Assembly: GCA_963706955.1 (NCBI GenBank)
Contig: CAVPOC010000008.1
Location: 1,024,001 to 1,088,000, forward strand
Direction: 5' to 3'
Length of the DNA: 64,000 nt
DNA from: an uncultured Verrucomicrobiae bacterium
GTDB taxonomy: Bacteria > Verrucomicrobiota > Verrucomicrobiia > Chthoniobacterales > Terrimicrobiaceae
The position numbers and the translations under genes are program-made. The notes beneath the pieces are model-generated. The model did no database searches, had not been told where the DNA came from, and saw only the letters and a program-made list of their open reading frames with translations. Shown piece after piece: positions 54,956 through 64,000 of this stretch. The first letter of the stretch is position 1; each line of letters begins with the position of its first letter.

Positions 54956-55735
54956 GTGACCTTACTCGACTGGCTCGAACGCCATCTCTCTCGCTTCGCT
55001 ATTCCGCGGCTCATCCGTTATGTCGTCGCGCTCAACGCGCTTGTCTTTATCCTACTAACCCTCGATCCAAAGTATGTCTCAGCGTTGGTCCTCGACCGCG
55101 ACGCGATTCTTCAAGGTCAGGTTTGGAGACTCGTCAGCTGGATCTTCATTCCCGATACGCTTAGCCCCCTTTGGGTAATCTTTTACCTTATGGTTGTCTG
55201 GTGGACAGGCGAGCTGCTTGAAAGCACCTGGGGAACATTCCGGCTGAACGCCTACTATTTCCTGGGCATGTTCTTCTGCGTCGCTTCGGCGCTGATATTT
55301 GGCGCTTCCGGCGGCAACATGTTTCTCAATCTCTCCTTATTTCTCGCGGTGGCGACGCTTGCGCCAAACATGGAGATTCTTTTTCTGCTCGTCATCCCAC
55401 TTAAACTTAAGTGGGTTGCGCTGATCAGCTTGCTTTGGCCCGCCTACATCCTCGTGACGGGTTCGCTGCCCGTGAAGATGATAGTTATCATGTGCCTTGG
55501 CAATTACCTGATCTTTTTCGCGCCATCGTTGATCAAACGGTCGCGGGAAAATCGTCAGACCGTGCAGCGCCGCGCCCGATTCGACGCGGCCAAGGACTCC
55601 TCGCCAACTTTGCATCGCTGCGAAGCGTGCGGAATCACCGAGGCAACCGATCCGCATGCCGACTTTCGTGTGGCCAGCGATGGCAAAGAATATTGCACGC
55701 GTCATCTACCTAACGAAACCATCAAAGTCGGGTAG
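54956..55735 (+). CDS. Rhomboid-like membrane protein with C-terminal Cys/His motif
   Basis: LER..SRFAIPRL, GQVWRLVSWIFIP, LESTWGTFRLNAYY, HRCEACG.TE...YCTRHL. Confidence 0.75.
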   Translation: MTLLDWLERHLSRFAIPRLIRYVVALNALVFILLTLDPKYVSALVLDRDAILQGQVWRLVSWIFIPDTLSPLWVIFYLMVVWWTGELLESTWGTFRLNAYYFLGMFFCVASALIFGASGGNMFLNLSLFLAVATLAPNMEILFLLVIPLKLKWVALISLLWPAYILVTGSLPVKMIVIMCLGNYLIFFAPSLIKRSRENRQTVQRRARFDAAKDSSPTLHRCEACGITEATDPHADFRVASDGKEYCTRHLPNETIKVG

Positions 55736-55742
55736 CGCCTCC

Positions 55743-56570
55743 CTATCTGGATACAGAAGCTTTGGTTTGAGCAATGACCTCCTCCGGCGAGTAGCCTTGC
55801 GCTCGCAAGGATCGCAAGCTTAGGGCGGCGTTACGTTTGGCTAGCCGGCGTCCATCCTTGTCGAGCAGAAGGGGACAATGAAAGAAGGCGGGCGGTTGAG
55901 CGTTGAGCGCTCGATAGACCAGGATCTGCCGCGCTGTCGAGGTGAGAAGGTCCGCTCCGCGGACAACTTCGGTGACACCCATCGCCAGATCATCGACGAC
56001 CACGGCAAGCTCGTAGGCGGGTATGTCATCTCGATTCCAGACAAGAAAATCGCCGAAGTCGCGCGAGGCTGTCCGGGTGATTGCCCCGCAGTGACCGTCC
56101 TGAAACGTGATCAATGCTCCATCCGGCACACGAAATCGCCAGTTGGTGCCCTTTGGTTCCAGGCAATCTAAGCCCTCTTCGGCGGGGATTCGCCATTCAA
56201 TCGGAAAGATAGGATCTTCCTCGTGCGGAGCGAGAGCTGCTCGCGCCACATCGCTTCGTGAGCGGATGCACGGATAGATGTGACCAGCGTCGCGCAGCTT
56301 GCGCCAGGCGTTCAGATACAGCTCGCGTCTTCGGCTTTGATAAGCTGGCCCCTCGTGCCATTCGATTCCAAGCCACTTGAGGTCCGCCATGGCGGCCTCG
56401 GCATAGTTGGGCCTGCAGCGCTGCGGATCGAGATCGTCAATTCGCAAGATCGTGACGCCTTTGAATTGGTTCGCACGCTCGTGAGCCTTCCAAAAGGTGG
56501 CAGCGTGTCCGAGATGAAGGTAGCCGGTCGGCGTCGGTGCAATCCGGCCGCGATAACGAGACCTCACCAT
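55743..56570 (-). CDS. gluQ: Glutamyl-Q tRNA(Asp) synthetase
   Basis: YRGRIAPTPTGYLHLGH, LRIDDLD, AYELAVVVDD, VVRGADLL, RLAKR; lacks an anticodon-binding domain. Confidence 0.88.
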   Translation of the reverse strand: MVRSRYRGRIAPTPTGYLHLGHAATFWKAHERANQFKGVTILRIDDLDPQRCRPNYAEAAMADLKWLGIEWHEGPAYQSRRRELYLNAWRKLRDAGHIYPCIRSRSDVARAALAPHEEDPIFPIEWRIPAEEGLDCLEPKGTNWRFRVPDGALITFQDGHCGAITRTASRDFGDFLVWNRDDIPAYELAVVVDDLAMGVTEVVRGADLLTSTARQILVYRALNAQPPAFFHCPLLLDKDGRRLAKRNAALSLRSLRAQGYSPEEVIAQTKASVSR

Positions 56571-56618
56571 GGGAGAACTGTCAGAAGGAGAGGCCGTTGC
56601 TCGAAGCACGCCGAAGGT

Positions 56619-59600
56619 CTAATCAACCCGCTCGAGGATCACAGCGCCATAGTCCGGAATGTACAAGGCGTTAGAGCGTCCCAACCTGGCGTCACGGCCG
56701 CCATTGGAGTGCTCGCCCTCATTTTCGGCGGAGATCGCAAACGCCGGCCATGTCGAGTTCCAGAGCTCGCGGTAAATCCCCTCGTACAGGTTGAGGTAGC
56801 TAAGGTTGTGAAATCCTGCCCAGCCGCCAAAGTTGAACACGGCGAAGTAGTCGCCGCGTTGACCTCGTGAAATGGCCAAAAGTTGACCGTCCGCAAATCG
56901 AACATCAATCGGCGCAGGACCCTTGATCGCTGGGCGAGTCCGTCGCAGGTCGCAAAGGACGTTCCACCAGGCGCGAATCCGGCCGCGGTCCGCATCCGCC
57001 AAATAGCCGTCGAGGTCAAGTGTCGCGGACGAGCCGAATTCGAATTGCTTGTCTTCACCCGCTTCAGCACCCATGAAGGCCATCGGAATGCCTCGCGAAA
57101 GCAGTGTGCCAGCAGCCGCCACTTTCGCCATCCGAAAGCCCTGCCCCAAACCAGCAACGTAGGCGATTCGATCGCGGACGTTTCCCACCTCATCGTGGCT
57201 TTCCGCGTAGTTCGTGACGTTGTACCATTCCTGGCACTCGGTCTGGCTCAGCTTGAAGGCCTCAGCCAGTCGCGACATGCCAAGCTGTCTTCGACAAGCG
57301 TCAACCATCCGGTCATGAAAATCGTCGCACCATTGCGTATCCATCGGGCCGCCGAAATTTGTTAGTGACCATTCGTTAGGAAGGTGTTCGGCCATGAGAA
57401 TGCAACGTGAATCGACCTCTTCACGCAGAGCCCAACGGATAGCATGAAGAAAGTCCCAGCCGCCACCCGAGCCTAACTCGCGCACGAAACCGCTCCATGG
57501 ATCCCAAGCGCCCGAGTGGACGATCGTGGCGGTATGGTCGAGACGGAAACCATCGAGATGGTATTCGCGGGCAAGATAAACAAGGTTTTGCGCAAAAAAA
57601 TGCCGGCATTGCGGTTGATCGAAATTGATCATCGCGCCCCATTGAGTGTCGCCATCGAAAAAGCTGTCCTTGGCGATCGACCAAAGAATGTTGTCCGTTG
57701 AGCCCGCGTGATTGAAAACAACATCCACGAGCACGGCCAGTCCATTGCGATGACATGTGTCCACCAATTCTTTGAGAGCTTCGGGACCACCATAGCTGTT
57801 TTCGATGGCGTAGAAGTAGGCTGGATCGTATCCCCAGGAGTTCTCAGTGCCCACTTCGTTGAGTGGCATCACCAGGATGGCGGTGACGCCGAGTTCGCGA
57901 AGGTAACCGCCCTCGCGATCAATTTCGCGCGCAACGCGTCTTAAGGGAAGCTCTTCGGAGAAGCGATTCGAAAACCTTCTGACATGAATCTGGTAAACAT
58001 TCAAGTGCTCCCAACCTGGACGGCGCCAACTTGCATCTTGCCAGGCGAATTTATCTGACTGAACCAGTTTGGACACGTCCTGGTTCCACGAAGTCTTTAC
58101 CCAACCGGCCGCCGGATCTTGCAGCTTTTCGGAGTCATTGAGCAGGAGTTGGTATTCGACACCGTGATAATCGGTGCGCCCGAGTTTCCCTTGGATATCA
58201 TTGATGGGAACACGTGCCCACCAATAGGCGCCGTCGAGCGTCGAGCGCATCTCTAAGGCGTTCTGCTCCCAGTTGCTCCATGGGCCAATCACGCGCAGAC
58301 GAGCAGCTCCGGGCGCGTGCACGGCGAAGTGAATGTGACCATCTTCAGAATACGCTCCCGGACGCCGGATGTTGAATGGCGGATTTTGGAAAATCTCGGG
58401 CGGCGGCTTGAACTCAAGCACGGGGGAACGTTCCATGACGATGTAACGCTCTATGGTTCCAGGATTTTCGGGCCCTTTGACCGAGTGACGCTCAATCGCC
58501 TCCCATCTTCCCTGCTCATCTCGGAACTTGAGCGAAGTGACAACACGCGGATAGGTGAAAACCGTGATCCGACCATCTTCTCCGACCTCTTGGGACTGGA
58601 CGATCGCGGCCCGTGCCCGATTGACCCAAACGTGAACAAACAGCTTCCCGCGCAGAGCACGGCGGGGAGGGCGCGCGACGATGGACAAATCAAGTTGTTG
58701 GTTTCGCTGAGGTTCGGCATCGAAAATGGCGGAGTCACCTTCCAGCGTCCAGATCTCGGAGCCTTGCCGAATGTTTACCCTGCGAATGGCCTCGCGACTC
58801 TCCCATTCCGGATTCGCTGCTGGATTGCGGAACTGCAGACCATAACCCAAGCCCGTGTAGAGGGCTGCCTCGTAGGTGGCCCAGCCAGATGCATCGAGAT
58901 TGCCTTCGACATCCGCGCTGAAGTCGGAGTTGTCTTGCCAGTAGCGAAGCTGTGCTCGTTGCGAAAGCTCCTGCCGAAAGTGCACCAAAAGCTTCTTCTT
59001 CTCCGGGACAGCGCTGGCGATTTCGGCGGCATCGCCATGGGTCCAGATTTCCGGTCCGTCTTCCGCAGACCAGAGGCGGTTGGCAAAGTCGGGCTCGAAG
59101 CCAGTAAATTCACCATCCAGGCGCCGAATGAACTTAAAGTGAAGGAAGGACTGTTCGTCGGCCGCAAGATTCAGATCGAAGAACGGGCCGAGACTGTCTT
59201 CGCCTGCCTGCATGACACGACGTTCCACGGCCCTGACGGGATCCCAGAGAAAAAGCTGGCTTGGACGATAGCGCCTCTCCGAGATCAAACGCACCCTGAG
59301 AGCAAGCGCCGAGCGCTCCAGTGGATCCGAGATCAAGACGCGCTGGGCATCTTGCGCGAACCAAACTTCCTCTGCAAGTGCTCCCGTTGCGGTGCGCGGA
59401 ACCTTGCGCTGATGAGCATCTTTTTCCCAGTCACCAGGCCGGCCGGCTTCATTGAAATCGAACAACATGAAGCAGACATCATTGAGGATCCCAGGCTCGA
59501 GACCGTAATCGAATTCCACCCAGCCGGGCCCTCCTGGTATCGAAGAAGGGCGTAAGTAAAGCTTCGTGGGGGTTCCCTCACGCCAGATGTGCAAGCCAGG

Positions 59601-59636
59601 ATTTCTAAAGCGGGTATAAGCGTAAAAACGTGACAT
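56619..59636 (-). CDS. GH13 alpha-glucan enzyme (branching enzyme/TreZ-like) with N-terminal carbohydrate-binding repeats
   Basis: WGYDP, DVVFNH, DGFRLD, MAEH, YAESHDEV; CBM48-like FAVHAPGA..L.VIG.W. Confidence 0.88.
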   Translation of the reverse strand: MSRFYAYTRFRNPGLHIWREGTPTKLYLRPSSIPGGPGWVEFDYGLEPGILNDVCFMLFDFNEAGRPGDWEKDAHQRKVPRTATGALAEEVWFAQDAQRVLISDPLERSALALRVRLISERRYRPSQLFLWDPVRAVERRVMQAGEDSLGPFFDLNLAADEQSFLHFKFIRRLDGEFTGFEPDFANRLWSAEDGPEIWTHGDAAEIASAVPEKKKLLVHFRQELSQRAQLRYWQDNSDFSADVEGNLDASGWATYEAALYTGLGYGLQFRNPAANPEWESREAIRRVNIRQGSEIWTLEGDSAIFDAEPQRNQQLDLSIVARPPRRALRGKLFVHVWVNRARAAIVQSQEVGEDGRITVFTYPRVVTSLKFRDEQGRWEAIERHSVKGPENPGTIERYIVMERSPVLEFKPPPEIFQNPPFNIRRPGAYSEDGHIHFAVHAPGAARLRVIGPWSNWEQNALEMRSTLDGAYWWARVPINDIQGKLGRTDYHGVEYQLLLNDSEKLQDPAAGWVKTSWNQDVSKLVQSDKFAWQDASWRRPGWEHLNVYQIHVRRFSNRFSEELPLRRVAREIDREGGYLRELGVTAILVMPLNEVGTENSWGYDPAYFYAIENSYGGPEALKELVDTCHRNGLAVLVDVVFNHAGSTDNILWSIAKDSFFDGDTQWGAMINFDQPQCRHFFAQNLVYLAREYHLDGFRLDHTATIVHSGAWDPWSGFVRELGSGGGWDFLHAIRWALREEVDSRCILMAEHLPNEWSLTNFGGPMDTQWCDDFHDRMVDACRRQLGMSRLAEAFKLSQTECQEWYNVTNYAESHDEVGNVRDRIAYVAGLGQGFRMAKVAAAGTLLSRGIPMAFMGAEAGEDKQFEFGSSATLDLDGYLADADRGRIRAWWNVLCDLRRTRPAIKGPAPIDVRFADGQLLAISRGQRGDYFAVFNFGGWAGFHNLSYLNLYEGIYRELWNSTWPAFAISAENEGEHSNGGRDARLGRSNALYIPDYGAVILERVD

Positions 59637-59857
59637 GCCGCAGGCTTAGCTAAGCGGAAGCTGATTTGCTCAATACCTCAGCACCTCGATCTGTCCCATC
59701 AGGACGGAATGAATTCCCATAGATTGCTTCAGCAGCGTCTCGACGGTTAACAAAGGCTTCGTTAGATGCAAGGAAAACTAGCTGCGCGCCAAAGCTCGGA
59801 ATCATGGTCAAAATGAGAGAGATCGTCTTCTATGGACCCACGATCAGCTGACCGATA

Positions 59858-61303
59858 ATGGATCCTCTTCGCGGAAAACAAACTCATTTTGATGCGGTCG
59901 TCGTCGGATCTGGTCCGAACGGCCTCGCAGCTGCCGTGACCCTTGCGCGCGCAAAGCTTTCCGTCCTCGTGCTCGAAGCGAGTGAATCGATTGGTGGCGG
60001 CACCCGGTCCATGGAACTGACATTGCCCGGCTTTATCCATGACGTCTGCTCCGCGGTACATCCGCTCGCGGTCGGCTCGCCATTCTTTCGCAATTTGCCG
60101 CTTCACGACCATGGACTCGAATGGATCCACCCAGAAATACCGCTGGCACATCCCCTTGGGGGAGGCGGCAGCGTTTCGCTGCGGCGATCATTGGCCGAAA
60201 CTGCCAGACTGCTCGAAAACGACGGCCCCGCTTACTCGGCTCTCATGCAACCCTTGGTCGACAACTGGTGGGGATTGGCCCGTGAATTCCTGCAACCGAT
60301 GATTCACTTGCCTCGCGATCCCCTCGCCTTCATTCGTTTTGGCCTGCGGGCGATTCAGCCGGCGCAATGGCTGGCCAGGCGTTTTTCCGGTGACCCCGCT
60401 CGGGCGCTATTCGCGGGCTTGGCCGGGCATTCTTTTCTGCCTTTGAGCGCGCCAGCTTCCGCCGCCTTTGGACTGGTGCTCGGCGCCGCCGGACATGCTG
60501 TCGGCTGGCCGTTCCCGCGCGGCGGCGCACAGAAGATCGCCGATGCGCTCGCCAGTTATCTCCAGTCGCTGGGAGGCCAGATCGAAATCGCGAGACCGGT
60601 GGCTAGACTTTCCGACCTGCCTGCTTCGCGCGCGCTGCTTCTCGACCTGACGCCCCGAGCTCTGCTCAAATTAGCTGGGAACACGCTGCCGCTACGATAT
60701 CGCCACGCGCTGGAGCGTTTCCCGTACGGTTCGGGAATTTTTAAGGTTGATTATGCCTTAAGCGCCCCAATTCCCTGGAGCGCCGAAGAATGCCGCCGGG
60801 CCGGCACCGTGCACGTTGGCGGAACATCCGCTGAGATCGCCGCCGCCGAGGACACGGTTGCACGGAAGCGCTCCCTCGCACCTAAGCCATTTATTCTGCT
60901 GGCGCAGCCAACGCTAAGTGATCCATCTCGCGCGCCGAGTGGCAAGCATGTGGCCTGGGCTTACTGCCACACTCCCAGCGGTTCTCTCAGTGATCTGACT
61001 GACCGCATCGAAACTCAAATCGAGCGGTTCGCTCCGGGGTTCCGAGATTGCATTCTGGCGCGGCATACGATGAACAGCGTCGCACTCGAACAACACAACC
61101 CCAACCTCATCGGCGGAGCCGTCAACGGTGGCTCTCTCGACCTGAAGCACCTGCTCGTCCGGCCTGTCTTGCGTCCGAACCCCTACCGGACGCCGCTACG
61201 CGGTGTCTATCTCTGTTCAGCCTCAACCCCACCGGGTGGCGGAGTCCACGGTATGTGCGGGTATCACGCGGCGCGATGGGCATTAAAGGAGGTCTTTGGC
61301 TAA
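59858..61303 (+). CDS. Phytoene-dehydrogenase-like FAD oxidoreductase
   Basis: VVVGSGPNGLAAA, PGF.HDVCSAVHP, WAYCH, YLCSASTPPGGGVHGMCGY.AA. Confidence 0.9.
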   Translation: MDPLRGKQTHFDAVVVGSGPNGLAAAVTLARAKLSVLVLEASESIGGGTRSMELTLPGFIHDVCSAVHPLAVGSPFFRNLPLHDHGLEWIHPEIPLAHPLGGGGSVSLRRSLAETARLLENDGPAYSALMQPLVDNWWGLAREFLQPMIHLPRDPLAFIRFGLRAIQPAQWLARRFSGDPARALFAGLAGHSFLPLSAPASAAFGLVLGAAGHAVGWPFPRGGAQKIADALASYLQSLGGQIEIARPVARLSDLPASRALLLDLTPRALLKLAGNTLPLRYRHALERFPYGSGIFKVDYALSAPIPWSAEECRRAGTVHVGGTSAEIAAAEDTVARKRSLAPKPFILLAQPTLSDPSRAPSGKHVAWAYCHTPSGSLSDLTDRIETQIERFAPGFRDCILARHTMNSVALEQHNPNLIGGAVNGGSLDLKHLLVRPVLRPNPYRTPLRGVYLCSASTPPGGGVHGMCGYHAARWALKEVFG

Positions 61304-61408
61304 TAGCCGGGCGGAGGATGCTCGCGGTTTTCTCGTTCCACTCAAGAACCCACTATCCGCGTGACAGGCTCACTGGTAATTCCCTGTTCGGAGACCCCTA
61401 GGATCAAC

Positions 61409-62716
61409 GTGAGCTTCGAGCTTTTGTATCTGCTGATTGGCGTGCTGCTCGTGTCGGTGGCCATACTCGCGTCATCAGTAAAGCGCTTGCCGCTTTCTGA
61501 GGCGATGATCTATCTGGCCGCCGGAACAGCTTTGGGGCCGCTGGGACTTCGCTTTCTGTTTGTTGATCCGGAAGCGCACTCCGAACTGCTCGAACGCGCC
61601 GCGGAAATTGCGGTCATTATCTCGCTCTTCACGACAGGACTGAAGTTACGTGTTCCGCTCCGTGATCCACAATGGTGGGTTCCTCTTTGCCTGGCTTCCG
61701 GTTCCATGGTCTTGACGGTTGGAATGATAACCCTCGTGGCGATCTTTGGACTCGGTTTGCCACTGGGAGCAGCGGTTCTTCTCGGTGCGATTCTTGCCCC
61801 AACCGATCCGGTCCTCGCTTCCGGCGTTCAACTCGAGAACATTCGCGATCGCAACCGACTACGCTTCAGCCTGACCGGTGAAGCGGGCTTGAACGACGGG
61901 ACCGCCTTTCCCCTGATAATGCTCGCTCTCGGGCTGTGCGGCCTTCATGATCTTGGCGCCTGGGGTTGGAAGTGGTGGACGATCGATGTGATCTGGGCGA
62001 TTTTTGCCGGTCTCGGCGTCGGTGCGCTCTGTGGAACCATGATCGGCCAAGGAGTAATTTACCTTCGGCGGGAACATCACGAAGGCATCGGAAGGGATGA
62101 ATTGCTCGCACTGGGACTCATTGCACTCTCTTACGGCGCGGCTCTGCAGCTCCATGGATACGGATTTCTCGCCGTCTTTGCCGCAGGCCTGACTTTGCGG
62201 ACAGTCGAACGGAAACATACCGGGAAAGAGCCGCCGCCGGAAGAACTTGCCGTGGAGGCTGCTTTGAAGCCCGATGAAATCGCAACCCATCCGGACAAAG
62301 GCCCGGCGCATATGGCCGGCGCTATCCTTACGATCAACGAGCAAATGGAACGCATCGTTGAAATCGCCATCGTGCTCGTTGTCGCCGCTGCACTGTCGCC
62401 CCAATATCTCCATTTCGAGGCGACATGGTTCATCGCGATCTTTTTTCTACTCATCCGACCGCTGGCAGTATGGTTCGGGTTGCTCGGACAGAAGGTCCCC
62501 CCATCCGAGCGTCGCCTCATCTCCTGGTTTGGCATCCGGGGAATTGGATCGCTCTACTATCTGATGTTTGTGCTGAATCGAGGGATACCAGAGGATCTGA
62601 CATCACAGCTGATCTCTATAACGCTGACCACGATTGCCGTTTCCATCGTGGTGCATGGAATCACGGTGACGCCGCTCATGGATTGGCACCAAAGCCGACG
62701 CAGACGACAAAGTTGA
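61409..62716 (+). CDS. Cation:proton antiporter (CPA1/NhaP-type)
   Basis: [52 protein letters not shown]. Confidence 0.92.
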   Translation: MSFELLYLLIGVLLVSVAILASSVKRLPLSEAMIYLAAGTALGPLGLRFLFVDPEAHSELLERAAEIAVIISLFTTGLKLRVPLRDPQWWVPLCLASGSMVLTVGMITLVAIFGLGLPLGAAVLLGAILAPTDPVLASGVQLENIRDRNRLRFSLTGEAGLNDGTAFPLIMLALGLCGLHDLGAWGWKWWTIDVIWAIFAGLGVGALCGTMIGQGVIYLRREHHEGIGRDELLALGLIALSYGAALQLHGYGFLAVFAAGLTLRTVERKHTGKEPPPEELAVEAALKPDEIATHPDKGPAHMAGAILTINEQMERIVEIAIVLVVAAALSPQYLHFEATWFIAIFFLLIRPLAVWFGLLGQKVPPSERRLISWFGIRGIGSLYYLMFVLNRGIPEDLTSQLISITLTTIAVSIVVHGITVTPLMDWHQSRRRRQS

Positions 62717-62861
62717 GTCCCCGCAGAGCCGACATTTACAACCCCGATATGAGATGTCGTCGATCGTTTACTGGACTCGGCGGACTTTCCCGACCTTTGA
62801 ACAAGGCAATCAGAGATTCTGTTTCGGCATCCATGCCGGCATTGACCTGCGAAACATGGGT

Positions 62862-63047
62862 ATGACAAAACTAGAACTCAAAGGCAGTTGGAACGAGATC
62901 AAAGGCAAACTAAAACAGAAGTACGGACAACTCACCGACGATGACCTGACCTTTGCCGAGGGTAAAGACGATGAATTACTCGGCCGTTTGCAACAACGGC
63001 TCGGCAAGACCAAGGAGGACATCCGTCGCGAGCTAGAAGGGCTGTAA
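62862..63047 (+). CDS. CsbD family protein
   Basis: [35 protein letters not shown]. Confidence 0.93.
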   Translation: MTKLELKGSWNEIKGKLKQKYGQLTDDDLTFAEGKDDELLGRLQQRLGKTKEDIRRELEGL

Positions 63048-63142
63048 AACCTCCCCGGCGTTCCCAGCCTCGAGAGCGAAGTTAAGCGGTTGCCGTTCGC
63101 GCGCATTGACGCGCTGACGGAGGCGTTATCTATGTACCTACT

Positions 63143-64000
63143 ATGAAAGACGCTCTCGATCTTTTGAAACAGGCTGCTTGGGATTGGTTCGACGATAGCG
63201 CTCCGACCCTGGGCGCCGCCGTCGCGTACTACACCGTCTTCTCACTTGCCCCCCTCTTTGTCATCGCCGTATTCATCGCCGGCCTGGTCTTCGGCCAGGA
63301 GGCGGCGCAGGGTCAGATCTTTGTTCAATTGCGTGCGTTGATCGGCGAGACCAGTGCCGCCGCCATGGAAGACGTGGTGGAAAGCGCCAATTCACAGCCG
63401 AAGACCGGCGTGTTTGCCACGATTGTCGGATTTGTTGTTTTGATTGTCGGCGCCTCGGGAGTTTTTGCGCAGATGCAGGCTTCACTCAATGCCATCTGGC
63501 GCGTGGAACCCAAGCCCGGACGCGGTATCTGGGGGCTTCTTCAAGATCGAATCCTCTCTTTTGGCTTTATACTCGTCGTCGGATTTCTCCTTCTGATCTC
63601 CCTGATTCTGACCGCGATCATCGCGTTTATCGGAACATGGTTTGGCGGCTTCCTGCCTGGCGTCGAGACGCTCATCCAGATCCTGAACGCCATCCTCTCC
63701 TTGGCGATCATCACCTTGCTCTTCGCCATGATTTTCAAGTTTCTGCCCGATGTGAAGATCGCCTGGCGCGATGTCTGGATCGGTGCCCTGATCACGGCCG
63801 GGCTCTTTACCGCAGGCAAAGAAATTCTCGGGCTCTATCTGGGAAAGAGTGGCGTGGCTTCGTCCTACGGTGCGGCCGGATCCCTGATCGTCCTGCTCTT
63901 ATGGGTCTACTACTCGGCGCAGATTGTCTTTTTCGGAGCCGAGTTCACGAAGGCTTATGCAAATAAATTCGGCTCGCGTGTCGTCCCGGCAGAAAATGCA
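63143..64000 (+). CDS. YihY/virulence factor BrkB family protein (runs off window)
   Basis: DDSAPTLGAAVAYYTVFSLAP, LNAIW, FKFLPD..IAWRDVW.GA, YGAAGSLIVLLLWVYYSAQI.FFGAEF. Confidence 0.92.
   Translation, partial: MKDALDLLKQAAWDWFDDSAPTLGAAVAYYTVFSLAPLFVIAVFIAGLVFGQEAAQGQIFVQLRALIGETSAAAMEDVVESANSQPKTGVFATIVGFVVLIVGASGVFAQMQASLNAIWRVEPKPGRGIWGLLQDRILSFGFILVVGFLLLISLILTAIIAFIGTWFGGFLPGVETLIQILNAILSLAIITLLFAMIFKFLPDVKIAWRDVWIGALITAGLFTAGKEILGLYLGKSGVASSYGAAGSLIVLLLWVYYSAQIVFFGAEFTKAYANKFGSRVVPAENA

Noticed and set aside
1..64000. CRISPR arrays, rRNA, reverse transcriptases, named defence systems
   Set aside because: None seen by eye; uncharacterised ORFs such as 6890-7663, 18515-18976 and 34039-34554 remain untested.

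Overview
GC-rich bacterial DNA, probably Verrucomicrobiota (Chthoniobacterales-like; inferred from gene families and sequence style, not verified). Many genes carry single-base frameshifts typical of long-read consensus errors, so several calls join two or more ORFs. Layout: (1) 1-3.8 kb, host membrane genes including MscS. (2) About 3.85-9.0 kb, a truncated satellite-like element (tyrosine integrase, Xis-like HTH, iteron-bearing Rep, primase-helicase) on the 3' side of tRNA-Leu(UAA) at 9018-9102. (3) About 9.1-18.35 kb, an island on the 5' side of the same tRNA, punctuated by tRNA 5'-half copies. It holds a 1.19 kb direct duplication, an integron-type SMI1/KNR4 cassette, an IS5-interrupted Nu1/TerS-like gene and an M23 peptidase. 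(4) 18.5-22 kb, mixed accessory genes. (5) 22.5-32.8 kb, a sugar utilisation cluster (ABC transporter, Gfo/Idh/MocA, TIM barrel, two AraC, GH3). (6) 32780-44365, the most interesting part: an 11.6 kb element bounded by TGTAACCATGG direct repeats and inserted at the GH3 start codon. It encodes an integrase, a lambda gpE-like capsid, a gpD-like decoration protein, three small paralogues, a primase and helicase with an iteron origin, Xis and cargo, but no recognisable portal, terminase or tail. It is a candidate capsid-encoding phage satellite. (7) 44.7-64 kb, core genes: SPFH pair, CCA enzyme, sdhCAB with a four-helix-bundle gene bracketed by inverted heptamer arrays, LMF, gluQ, GH13, oxidoreductase, antiporter, CsbD and YihY.
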